Shown piece after piece: positions 51,995 to 64,000 of a stretch of 64,000 bases of DNA (within the stretch, counting starts at the first letter, position 1; the number at the start of each line of letters is the position of its first letter). The stretch lies in NCBI RefSeq assembly GCF_006345805.1, contig NC_043000.1, positions 151,652,001-151,716,000 on the forward strand. Direction: 5' to 3'. The position numbers and the translations under genes were made by a program. A model generated the notes under the pieces. It was given only the letters and a program-made list of their open reading frames with translations. It was not told the DNA's origin and did no database searches. Source of the stretch: Octopus sinensis. Lineage: Eukaryota.

Positions 51995-52407
51995 GATCTT
52001 TTCGGTTTGAACGGCAGTTTTTTCCTAGCGGTGTCATATGAAATTGTCACCCATAATTATAACCCTAGTATCGATCTATTGCATTTCTATCTGTTTTAGG
52101 GTTAGGGGTGGGGGGAAGGGTATCTTTTTTTCTTCACAAATGTAAATAAACCCAATCTGTTTCTTAAACAAGGGACATATTCATATGGCACAGAATGCTT
52201 TTTACCTCAATAGACGTAATTGATTAGTTGAAATTGCAGAAATTGAAGAAAGAAAAAAACAACAAATATCTTACAAACTATAGAATTTTCTCAATAAAGC
52301 CAAGAGAAAAAGATGTTTTATAAACACATTCTACCAGTATATGAAGTTTAAAATTTTTTACTTGCCTAGAAATTATGTTAAAAACTACCATTCAAACCGA
52401 AAAGATC
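51995..52407. mobile_element. MITE with 23-bp TIRs
   Basis: gatcttttcggtttgaacggcag...ctaccattcaaaccgaaaagatc (2 mismatches). Superfamily not assigned. Confidence 0.65.
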
Positions 52408-52565
52408 TCTGTCATACTGTTACAGGAACAAAAACCTTACAAGGAAAAAAACACATTCTCTCCTTTGTTTTACCAATGAATGGTTGCTACTCAGTGGATT
52501 CAAAATCCTATAAATGTCTTCCTACTAATATAGTAATTTTATTTTCAACTAAAAAGATTACTTAC

Positions 52566-52630
52566 CGAATGTATTTGATGCCGATGGAACCACATAAACA
52601 CCAGGTAGTTTCTGTTGACTAAGAAGATTG
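52566..52630 (-). CDS. AKTIP: AKTIP coding exon 2
   Basis: cttttgtag|(F)NLLSQQKLPGVYVVPSASNTF|gtaagt; QKLPGVYV motif; 65 nt, phases 2/1. Confidence 0.93.
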
Positions 52631-52757
52631 CTACAAAAGAAAAGCAAAAGACTCAGGTAATAATCCAATTAAATAATATCTACTTTGTTAAACATTCTTA
52701 TTTACAAAATGGTTTTAATTAAACTAAAACAAAAGTTGTCATTGTGTGTCATTTTTT

Positions 52758-52947
52758 TTACTCTTTTACTAGTTTCAGTCATTTGACTGCGGCCATGCTG
52801 GAGCACCGCCTTTAGTCAAGCAAATCGACCCCGGGACTTATTCTTTGTAAGCCCAGTACTTATTCTATCGGTCTCTTTTGCCGAACCGCTAAGTGACGGG
52901 GACGTAAACACACCAGCATCGGTTGTCAAGCAATGCTAGGGGGACAA

Positions 52948-52980
<33 letters not shown>

Positions 52981-53151
52981 CATATATACGACAGGCTTCT
53001 TTCAGTTTCCGTCTACCAAATCCACTCACAAGGCATTGGTCGGCCCGGGGCTATAGCAGAAGACACTTAGCCAAGATGCCACGCAGTGGGACTGAACCCG
53101 GAACCATGTGGTTGGTTAGCAAGCTACTTACCACACAGCCACTCCTGCGCC
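52758..53151 (-). mobile_element. SINE family A, young subfamily
   Basis: Full length. Confidence 0.85.
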
Positions 53152-55002
53152 TATATATACAAGCATGTATATAGGGAATTTCTGCTTACATTACTGGATG
53201 TTTTTACCATTTACTTAACAATAATATCTTAATATAATGCAAAGAACAAAGGGAGTAAGCTAACAGGATCATTAGCATGCCAGACAAAATGCTTAGCAGC
53301 ATATCTTCCTACTTTACGTTCTGAGTTCAAATTCTACTGATGTCAACTCCACCTTTCAAGGTCAATAAATTGAGCACTGGGATCAATGTAATCGATTAAC
53401 CCCCTCCTCCACCTAAAATTTCAGGCCTTGTACATATCATCATCATCATTTAACGTCCGTTTTCCATGCTAGCATGGGTTGGACGGTTCGACCAGGGTCT
53501 GGGAAGCCAGAAGGCTGCACCAGGTCCAGTCTGATCTGGCAGTGTTTCTACAGCTGGATGCCCTTCCTAACGCCAACCACTCCGTGAGTGTAGTGGGTAC
53601 TTTTTACATGCCACTGGCACAGGGGCCAGAGGAGGCTGGCAAATGGCCACGATCGGTTCCTGCTTTTTACATGTCACTGACACAGACGCCGGTCAGGTGG
53701 CACTGGCATCAGCAACGTTCGGATGGTGCTATAGTAAGAAGAATACTATGCGAAGAACAGGCAGTTGCCAACACTTAACAATAAGCTGTTAGAAAATAAG
53801 AACTTCACATCAAATTGATTGACTTAAGCGCTGGGCCTCGTGGAGGCAATGTGCTGATGCTGGTGTCATGCAACTAACACCTGTGCAGGTGGCATGTAAA
53901 AAGCACCTTTCGAGCAACTGGACTCACAGATACAATGACAAATTACCAAGACATTTGGCAATATGCTGTGCTTGAGCAGAAGACCCATCAAGCCAAGTGA
54001 AATTGTAGTCATGGTAGATACAGGTGTCATGCAAGTGACACGTAAAAGCACCCATTACACTCTTGGAGTGATTGACATTAGGAAGGGCATCTAATCATAG
54101 AAACCATGCCAAATTAAACTAGAGTTTGGTGCAACCCTGGTCAAACTGCCCAGCCCATACCAGCATGGACAACGGATGTTAAATGATGATTGGTTGTGAA
54201 TCTAATTCAATAAACATTATGATGATGATAATGTTGATATCTTCATCACTGTTTTAATGTCCACTTTTCCATGCTTACATGGGTCAGACAAATTTCAGTA
54301 GCTGATGCTCTTCCTATCACCAACCCCCTACCTGCTTTCTAGCAAGGTAATATTTCCCCTTGTTCTTTGAACATGAACAGGACAATGATCAGGCCATGTT
54401 TTCATAGAAGATTGCAAACAAATTACAATGCTTCTATAATGAGGATGCTTTTTGACACCTATTGAGAGCAGCTTCAAAACCAAGGAAACACAGGCACGCA
54501 TGAGCACACACACACATTTTTATGCAATAGGCTTCTTTTAGTTTCTGTCATCCAAATTCACTCACAAGACTTTGTCGGTCCAAGGCTATACTAGAAGACG
54601 AGGTACCACATAGGACTGAACCTAAAATGACGTGGTTGGAAAGTAAACTTTTAACGCAGCTATGTTCGCGCATTCACACATACATAAATATAAATATAGA
54701 GAGAGAAGCCTTACAATGCTAACATAGATTGGATACGTTTGAAATGCAACAACCTCGCTGCAATTTGGTCCCTAATGTTTACACATCAAATACATTTCCA
54801 GTTACGCTGTTTTGCTTGAAGTTTGGCATAAGGATACCTTTTCTAGTGTCAGAAGTTTTTTATAAGAGTATCATTACATGTGAATCTCTGATATTCATTA
54901 TGCACATTAAAGATCTGCAAACCCATTAATCATAAGGGTATCACCACCAGAGTTATTTCTCCAAAATGTATGTAGTACATTAGTAGTTATGTTTATAGTA
55001 CA

Positions 55003-55401
55003 GGCGCAAGAGTAGCTGTGTGGTAAGTAGCTTGCTAACCAACAACATGGTTCCGGGTTCAGTCCCACTGCGTGGCATCTTGGGCAAGTGTCTTCTGCTA
55101 TAGCCCCGGGCCGACCAATGCCTTGTGAGTGGATTTGGTAGACGGAAACTGAAAGAAGCCTGTCGTATATATGTATGTATATATATATGTGTGTGTGTGT
55201 TTGTGTTTGTCCCCCTAGCATTGCTTGACAACCGATGCTGGTGTGTTTACGTCCCCATCACTTAGCGGTTCGGCAAAAGAGACCGATAGAATAAGTACTG
55301 GGCTTACAAAGAATAAGTCCTGGGGTCGAGTTGCTCGATTAAAGGCGGTGCTCCAGCATGGCCGCGGTCAAATGACTGAAACAAGTAAAAGAGTAAAAGA
55401 G
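55003..55401 (+). mobile_element. SINE family A, young subfamily
   Basis: Full length; short agtaca direct repeat on both flanks. Confidence 0.85.
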
Positions 55402-55706
55402 AGTACAAATCAATAAAACGGAGATTAATTCTATTCGAGTTATACAGATGGCAGGATTAGATTTAGTGCTTCACTGGTGATACAGCTCAGGGCAGTAAGC
55501 AGTGCGACTACGAACGAATCGTATCAATATGTAGTACCTATTCAATATCAAAATATAACTACCAAATAAGACCATGCAGTTATGTTTATGTATACAATGT
55601 TATAAAACCAAATTGTCAATTTTGTGCACGATACTCTGTCAATTAATTTAATTGCAAACATGAAATGTAAATATAAAATATATATATATATAACATATAA
55701 TCTTAC

Positions 55707-55864
55707 AATTCTGCCATTAAAGCATATTCCTGAGTGGATCGCTTGAGATCTTGAATAAGTTTTGGTGTTTTGTCTTTCGGTACATTAATGTCTAAGGTTT
55801 GTGGGACACTATCTTGCACAACAGGAATGGGTGGAAGCAGTTTTCGGCCTTCCCTTACAGCCAT
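55707..55864 (-). CDS. AKTIP: AKTIP/FTS homolog, first identified coding exon
   Basis: MAVREGRKLLPPIP...KRSTQEYALMAE+TT. Resembles recalled human KKQLPSIP...LEYSLLAEF. Exon acceptor ctttcag| with exon start at 55879; donor |gtaaga. The start codon assignment is less sure than the exon itself. Confidence 0.85.
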
Positions 55865-57088
55865 TATGAAAACAAGCACCTGAAAGTTAACAGAAAACAA
55901 TTTTTAAAATTCACTGCAAAAACACGTTCTTTTGAAACAGCTGAAATGAACAAATAATACGCTAGAATAATTCTACACTATGAAGTGGTGACAAATAAAT
56001 CGTGCTAAAGGCAAAGATCGTTTATCTATTAATAGTAAATAGAACACGGAGTCAAAGGTTAATAAATCTGATAAGAACTGGTTTACTGTTCACTTTCAAT
56101 GTAAAATGGAACAAGACAAAACAAGCAATATATAATCCAAATGCTATCAAAAGTTACTAAAAATCATTATTATGAATGATAAGCAATATGATTATTTTTG
56201 AAGTAATGGTTTGGGAATATGTACAATTTTATCTATCACCTTAGTAAATATGGCCGTACATAAAAACGTCACGAAAATAATTAGTGTTAACTTTTTTTTT
56301 TTTTCTTTCTCTTCTCGTCCGTACCCACAGAGCTGTGTGTCGTTGCTATGTAAACAAAAGTCATGTGAACACAGCGCAAGTTCTATTGTGTAGATATCGT
56401 ATCTGTTCTACACCTTTACCGAAAAAGGGAATAGCAAAATGGTTTAGAATATCATATATTTCTACGGAAATACCACCACGTTATTATTTATTTAAATGAT
56501 TTGCTATTCACTTAAATAAAACCAATCTACATTTACTTCATAATACCAGTGTATAACGATACCGTATTACCTGTAATCAAGGAGTAAACACGAAGGTGTA
56601 GTTTCGAACGACAGACATCCTTCCTTAATTTTATAACCTATGAGGAGACAGGCTATATGATATTTCGGTAGTTGGTGCAAAAGAAGTTTTACAATTGTTT
56701 GTTATGAATCATGTCTCACCACCTCAACTAATTCTTTTCCAATCGATAGTAAAGGTGTGCGCAAAAATGAAAACAAGCATACGAGGTTATTTAGTGCATA
56801 CCATAGAAAAATAAGTAGTATTATGCTGTGCGTCTTTCTTTCCACTCCGTTTCTTAATCAGAATAAAATGAACACAGTTTACATTCTGAGGCCCTGAAAC
56901 TGTGGATTGGATTTTGGATTGTTAGTCCCAGGGCAAGGTGAATCGATCCAGAGAGTTTGGGACAGCTTAATAGTCAAATTTTTGACTCACTTTCTGATAA
57001 ATGTAATCAGTCTTTAACATGACGTTGACTTCTTTACAAGTGCCAAGTTTTCTGGTGAGTGAGGTATCGCTTTACCTATTATACCAGA

Positions 57089-57488
57089 CTAGCAGTATCT
57101 CCCGGCGTTGCTCGGGTTTGTAAGGGAAATAACTATATAAGCATTTTTAGAGATGTAAAGAATAATAGCCATCTCAATATGGCTAACCACAAAGGGGGGG
57201 GGGTGTTACTGTAGCTTTTTACGTTCTGAGATTTAATAATACATTTTTAGAGAGTTACTTCCCTTATATATGCCAAAAATGCATTAAAAATGGGAAAAAA
57301 TGATGGTAAATTTTTTTTTTAAATCGTAGACTCATCGTAGACGCGCGCTAATACCCAGAAGGGCTCGATATTAATCACGACTATAAGATACCCGGTTTTG
57401 GTTAAACTGCACCGCAAAATGTGGGAGTAGTTAGGAATCTAAATCGTAGGAGACAGACACCACACAACCTCACTTTTATATATATAGA
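57089..57488 (-). mobile_element. Non-autonomous Helitron, near-identical to 36149-36547
   Basis: Same termini and hairpin. Confidence 0.8.
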
Positions 57489-58073
57489 TATGAACTGTTT
57501 CTTTAACACGTTGGAGCTCCGTATCTCAATTGCGTTCGGAGAATGATATATGGGGGATAAGGGTGATATGTCGAGGTTTGTTACAAGCTTTTCGATTCCG
57601 GAGAATTTGGATTGCCTTGTCGATAGGATGCAGGGCACTTTGATCCCCACGACATGATAAAATTATTAAACGAGTTCGAACCAGTGGACTTGTCCTGGAA
57701 TAATGCGAAGAGATCCTATGGATTCACTCTTTACACTTGGACTGGTGCCTCATATGAGACCATTGTTAGTAACCCTTTCGCCGCGTCACAATACTGCAGT
57801 TAAGGTAGGGATTACTGCCTTATTTGCTGAAATAAGTTCAGTAATTTGTCAGAGAATTGTTTTTCAATCTGGGACCTTTGAAACGTTCGAGGGCGCTGGA
57901 CTACCAAGAAGAAAATTTGATTTCGTTGATATCAGATGTTGCGTCTAAGGTTGTCTGATTTTTTCCTGTGCATTACGATTAAGCGCAGTATGTGTTTTGA
58001 TTTGCCTCAAAACTTCTTTTAGAAGGGAACAACTGGTGCGAAGTATAACTGAAGATGTACTTTATTTTATTTC

Positions 58074-58075
<2 letters not shown>

Positions 58076-58162
<87 letters not shown>
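58076..58162. repeat. (GT)n(AT)n microsatellite
   Basis: Direct reading. Confidence 0.95.
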
Positions 58163-58165
<3 letters not shown>

Positions 58166-58964
58166 TAACAGAATGAGATGAAAAATCCAAGGCTGTGAAC
58201 ATTTATAAAAAGGTCTTACAGCTGTTTCTGAAAACTATTCACAGCGTTGGATTTTTTTTTTTATCTCATTCAGTTAATTTATATATATATGCATGCTAAT
58301 ACACGACCTACGCTGGACTCTTCATTCGTATCATTATCGAAACTGGAGGTTAACTATAGTTTGTCCATAGCACTTACTTAGCATTACCTGATAACCTAAA
58401 GGAAGGAATCTAAACCGATCGTTTGGGCAAAAGATTCTGAAATGAACGGTTTACTTGCACTGAGATACAAGTTTTTTTTTGTAAATTAGATCGTTGAAAA
58501 GACGGCGATACTAAGAAAGCAAATCTAACTTAGACATCAAGAAATTTTTAAGAACGCTTTGATGAGAATCAGTTATATCGATGTCTTTAGTTATTGCTTG
58601 TTTAAACCTATTGAATAAAACCAACTTAACGAAAGAAACTATAGAAAAAAAATTTTCTCTACTGCCCAGTCCGCTAGAGAAACCATTAAATAAGGAAAAT
58701 GTTAACGAAATTTTGTACTAAGCACTACAACCTTCAACAACTAGGAAAGAAATGTGTTGCAATATACTCTCTTTCTTTCTCTGTAAAGTGTGTGTCTATA
58801 CACACACAAACAACATAGTAGTATCACAAGGTATACCGTGTTTCCAAACAGTCACTGATTTTTCTTTTTAAATGTAGTGAACACATGGCAAGTATAAACA
58901 AATGTCTGCTAGTTGATTTTTCTACTGACTGAATCATACGTAGCTAATAGTTATTTATAGCCAA

Positions 58965-59258
58965 CTAGCAGTATCGCCCGGCGTTGCTCGGATTTGTAAG
59001 GGAAATAACTATATAGGCATTTTTAGAGAGTTATAGCCAAAAAATAGCAAAAAAATGCATTAAAAATGGGGAAAAAATTATGGTAATTTTTTTTTTAATC
59101 GTTGACTCATCGTAGACGCGCGCTAATACCCAGAAGGGCTCGATATGAATCACGACTATAAGATACCCGCTTTTGGTTAAACTGCAAAATGTGGGAGTAG
59201 TTAGGAATCTAAATCGTAGGAGACAGACAGCACACAACCTCACTTTTATATATAAAGA
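58965..59258 (-). mobile_element. Shorter variant of the same Helitron
   Basis: Same ends; lacks about 110 bp of internal sequence. Confidence 0.75.
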
Positions 59259-59950
59259 AGATGAATCAGACGATCGCGCAAACGGATAAATCCGATTTGC
59301 GTAAATAGCGCTATACCGGCAAATTACTCATTTAACAATGTAGCGTTTTGAGCAGAGAAGTCAGAGTAGGTGACTTCTGAGAAAGGTCCCAGCTACAACT
59401 GAAACCGCTCATATCAATCTCTATCTTTCTGTTCAAGAACACAAGGTTCACCACGTGATACATTTCAAGTTATGGATCTTTTCCTTTTGATAGACAGAAT
59501 TCAACGCAATTTCCCAAAGATCCCAAGTTATTCAAATCCAATATTTCATGCATCAACAGTTTATATATCATCATCACCATCAATTTAATGCTCATCTTTC
59601 TATACTTGTATGGAGTCAGACGAAATTTGTCGAGGCAAATTTTTTACGACCGGATGCCTCTCCTTCAAACAAATTCCAACTATTTCCTAGCAAGGTAATA
59701 TTTCTATAAAGTTGAACATATTTTCACAGATGTTTGGAAACAAAAGACAATGTATGTATGATGATGACACTGGTTTATAACTATCGTACAAAAGGAAACA
59801 ACACACATACATAACAATTATAGCGTGGAAGACACATATTTAGCCACCCAAAAACAAAACACACATAAACTTAACTCCACTTAAAACATTTATTATTTGA
59901 CACCAAATTATAAATGTTCAAGTTAACAGTTTGTGTTTTTGAATGGCTAT

Positions 59951-59973
59951 CTGTGTGTGTGTATGTGTATATA

Positions 59974-60004
<31 letters not shown>

Positions 60005-60032
60005 GTGTATGTGTGTATGTGTGTATGTGTGT

Positions 60033-60068
<36 letters not shown>
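59951..60068. repeat. Compound GT/AT/GTAT microsatellite
   Basis: Direct reading; internal tract of an old family A SINE. Confidence 0.9.
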
Positions 60069-60070
<2 letters not shown>

Positions 60071-61013
60071 CGCGTAGGCGCGGCTGTGTGGTAAGAAGCT
60101 TGCTTCCCAACTAGATGGCTTCGGGTTCAGTCCCACTGCATGGCACCTTGGGCAAATGTTTTCGATAATAGCCTCGGGCCGACCAAAGCCTTGTGAGTGG
60201 ATTTCGTAGACGGAAACTGAAAGAAGTGCTTGATAATCGGTGTTGGTGTGTTTACTTAGCGGTTCGGCAAAAGTGACCGATAGAATAAGTACTAAGCTTT
60301 AAAAAGAATAAGTCATGGGGGCGATTTATTCGACTTAAAACCTTTGACTACATGGCCGCAGCGAAAGAATAAAGGAACACACACACACACACACAAACTG
60401 ATTTCGCCTAAGCAAAATAACTATAAGTGCGTGTGACATCGGTCACTTCATTTCACATGCGACCCCACGCTTTCCCTGGCAGTGGGATTTATCTTTGAGA
60501 CGACTAAATTTAACCGGGCCGTAAGTAGTTTATTGCCCCACTGCCGATCTAAGGAAATTTCTTACAAACAGCAGCTCCAACAATCAAATGATAATGAATA
60601 GAAATGATATTGTCAAGAGACTTTACTCGTTGACATTTCTAACATTAACTCCTCCCTGAATCAATCAGTCAACTCTTACAACGTCATACTAAAGTAAATT
60701 CGTCCACTGTAAAAGTATTTATTTGTTCACAAGTGTTATATGATTATATATATATAACTGAGAGTCAATCTTTATAATACATTCGATATGGCAGTATCAT
60801 TGGTCTCTTACATGCTTTATGATTTGTTAACCACACATTGTTGAAATAATTATAAACCGTGGAATAATTATAATACCAATAGCTCTATTCTTCACTATAT
60901 ATATATATATATATCTTAATATATAAAATCCGTTCTGCCTGATGGGTTATAGTGACTTCGAAATTACTGTCAATAATATTCTTGTTTAAGAATTATATAT
61001 ATTCACCGCACCA

Positions 61014-61055
61014 TATATATATATATATATGTGTGTGTGTTTGAGAGAGAGTGTA

Positions 61056-61142
<87 letters not shown>

Positions 61143-61167
61143 CGTGTGGGTGTGTGTGTATGTATGT

Positions 61168-61216
<49 letters not shown>

Positions 61217-61266
61217 ATATATTATATATATATATAATATATATATGTGTGTGTGTGTGTGTGTGT
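61014..61266. repeat. Large compound (AT)n/(GT)n microsatellite
   Basis: Direct reading; two similar interrupted (AT)n blocks. Confidence 0.95.
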
Positions 61267-61439
61267 AAAAGTAAAAAAAATACACAAACTGGGACAAGAA
61301 CGTGAAACATTTAGAAGACGACAAAAAACACGGACGGGACTTTCGAAGCTCTCAGTCATCAGTCAAGAACCAGATCATCTTCGCAATTTCGGCTATACAC
61401 ACACACACACACACACACACGTATATATAAATGTTGTGA

Positions 61440-62090
61440 GCGCTATTCCGCGACACTCCACCTCCATCTAATGAAGAGGACTGCTTCGCCGACATGGGCC
61501 GCCGACCATCCCAGTGGACGTCTGCTCCTGGCTAGTTCCAAGCAGTCGATCTTTTTGCGGGCGTCTGCCAGCGCGCTGTGGACCGGTTTAACTTTTCCAG
61601 ACGTCCCCGTCATCTGAACATCTCCCCAGACATCGACCCTTCGTTACCTCCGACGCCGAACTGACATCATCATAAAACCGGCCGACAAGGGTGGAGCCGT
61701 GGTGATGTGACGCACGGACCTCTAGAAAGCCGAAGCTTTCCGCCAACTTCAAGACACTTCCTTCCACTGCCCTCTGACCCCAGTCCAGCTACCAACAGAT
61801 TGTGTCCTCCACTATCCATGACTTCATCTCCCCCACCTCCTCGTCCGCACCCCCAAAATTTACTATTTATTATGACCCCTTCTTCCTAGCTCTCCTGTGT
61901 GACCCCTTTGTCTCGCATTCGCGATGATAGATCGCTAGCCACTACACATTCTTTATTTTCTATCCTTGTTTCTTTCTGTGAAAGAGCCTAGGCTCGAAAC
62001 GTTAAAGACTTTTTCATTTCCCGAGCGTTATACTAATACATCTGTTTGTTGTCTACACCACCTGTCTTCGTCCCTTTTTTTTTTGTGAAT
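61440..62090 (+). mobile_element. Penelope-like element relic (RT N-terminal part joined to terminal region)
   Basis: RTDIIIKPADKGGAVVM* at about 61657-61710 is the characteristic PLE RT motif. GC-rich, with stops and an internal deletion. Confidence 0.8.
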
Positions 62091-63759
62091 CCCCTCCATA
62101 TCTATATACAAATGTAAGATCCAGGGATCGAGGTGTAGTAAGAAAGTTAGCTTTGAGTATTCAGTAGTAAATATAAAAAAAGGGCAACTTTCGGTAATAA
62201 TAGCGGTGTATTGAGACGGGAAGTTGCGGATATTTTTTTCTTCTTATATAGAAGAATGATGAGCTGGAAAAAGTTCTTATTATATTTCTCGGTAGGCAAC
62301 CAGTGCTGCCGAGTGTGCGAAAAAGAACACAAGAGTTACGGAATGGAGTATGGGAAATCCGGGCTACATATGTTTCATAGCGACTGGAACCTCAGAAGTG
62401 GTAAAATTCAAGTGAGGTGTATAACGCCGGCTTCTCTTCGGGTCAAAGATATCTTGGTTAGATTAAAGGCTACGTTGTCGCAAGGAGGTACATGTTGACG
62501 CAAAGGTTCAATCAGAATGTGTGGAGGACACAGTATGTGAAGGGTACGTAAAAATGAAAATAACACTGATATCTCATTTTAACATATATTTACCAAAATT
62601 ACATAAAAATATCTTGAAATACTAAAGAGTAAATTTATTCAATAAAATCGCCATTGGCTTCAAACACGACCTCCAAACGACTTCGAAATCTCCTGCAACT
62701 CTTCTGGACGGTCTCCTCATAGTAATATGCAGCCAATCTCCGAGAAGAAATCCCATTTCTATGCATAAACAATAATATGAAGAATAGTACATCTCAAAAC
62801 TGTCCACGATTCACTAGTCGAACGGTATCGTAGGTTTTCGTAGTTTCCTGATAAGATTGAACTTAGTTGTCTCCAAAAGAGTGAGTGTCGTGGAGTTCAG
62901 TGACATCCAACAAACACTGAAATTTTACCCAAAATCCAGGGTTTTTATAACTGCTCAAATTGACTAAAAAGAATCGAAATCCATGACAAATATTCTTTAC
63001 GAAACTTTTAGAATCTTTATATGAGCAGTTATATTAACCAATGGAAAAAAACGAAAATGATAATTCTTCGGCAATACGACATTACGTCATATTGCCAATT
63101 CGCGCCACATTACAAAATGGCTAAAATGGTTATTGCTACATAGTCACTGAAAATGCAGATGTTCGCCAGAACACTCTTATTTGAGTGGTAGATCCAATAT
63201 CATATAACATGCAGAGAATTTTGAGCTGGCTCGACTAGTATGGCCATTAAAAATGAACAGGAAAAAATACAATTGGAGTGGCGAAGAGATTATGTTTTCA
63301 GATCGGCTGCAAAATTTCGATGTCAAATTTCTGTTTTCGACATCTGTAAACGAAGTGATATGGGAGACCAAGACTTCACACTACCACACAGCCAGTCCTT
63401 GTCACAAAATGTTCGCATTCTTGGTGGTTGAAACGTAATGGATGTACGGTTTTCTTATTTTGATAGAATTGGTTGAAATATGTTGTTATATGTTAAGAAA
63501 AACGTTTTTGTAATAGCAAAAAAAAAAAAAATGCCAGTTTGACGAATCGACGGAAATTATGCGATCAATATTCAATTCAGTGAAATGAAACAGTCAAAAT
63601 ATTTTATTTTTTCCAATATTTTACCTTGTGGCCATATGATAAAACTGAACACATCTCTAATTTTAGAAGAAATTGTTATTTGATTTTCGTCTTGCTCAAA
63701 CTGTTCTAATTCTACCGCCGTACGTGACAAAATTTCTTATTTTAGTAAATTACGTACAA

Positions 63760-63796
<37 letters not shown>

Positions 63797-64000
63797 CATA
63801 CACAGTAATGGCCAAAATTAGAGTACGAAAATACAAAATAAAGATATTTACATTTCTACTTCATTTTTCCGAGTGGGATTTCCACTGTATACACTTTAAA
63901 GTATATACATTCTTTACAGTAGGAAGTGATTAATAACCAAATAATTTATAATAGAAAAAATGTTTATTTGAAAAATACAAAATGGGCAGAATTAGAGAAC

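Noticed and set aside
114-53778. Recurrent ORFs containing FLQLDALPNANHS / HHHHHRLTSVFHA
   Set aside because: Antisense readings of the RTE 3' UTR and its GAT tail.
1371-55416. Recurrent ORFs such as MSSNARGTNT..., MLGGQTQT..., MTTDAGVFTSPSLSG...
   Set aside because: They are translations of SINE family A in different frames, not a gene family.
60478-60544. Short inverted repeat ggcagtggg...cccactgcc
   Set aside because: Only 9 bp, no TSD; compatible with chance.
59871-61310. YIYI/HTHT/VCVC ORFs
   Set aside because: Microsatellite translations.
62211-63438. ORFs at 62211-62498, 63240-63431 and 63253-63438
   Set aside because: No recognisable domain and no consistent exon chain; cannot be supported.

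Overview
AT-rich animal genomic DNA, most likely an Octopus species (inferred from the repeat families and intron style; no database search was possible). Two genes can be reconstructed exon by exon. (1) A C8orf82/UPF0598 homolog on + (3 coding exons, 21957-27304, 207 aa). (2) An AKTIP/FTS (crossbronx) catalytically inactive E2-variant gene on - (8 coding exons, 55864-30910, 259 aa), convergent with the first. A third, unidentified minus-strand transcription unit probably starts near 21.6 kb and/or 18.8 kb; only candidate exons can be offered for it. The rest is dense transposon debris: about 30 5'-truncated 3' ends of an RTE-clade LINE (modular 3' UTR, (GAT)n tail), several RTE ORF2 relics, three tRNA-derived SINE families (one with a near-identical young subfamily), TTAA piggyBac-type MITEs, non-autonomous Helitrons, a 600-bp foldback element, a Penelope relic with a degenerate hammerhead-like motif, and microsatellites. 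Nearly all ORFs in the supplied track are repeat-derived and spurious. I found no CRISPR array, rRNA or true tRNA gene, and nothing I can honestly call a new biological system. The best leads are a 52-bp exact duplicate of an AKTIP splice acceptor that may create a poison exon, the unidentified gene, and some retroelement target-site and hairpin oddities. Repeat coordinates are approximate (about +/-20 bp).
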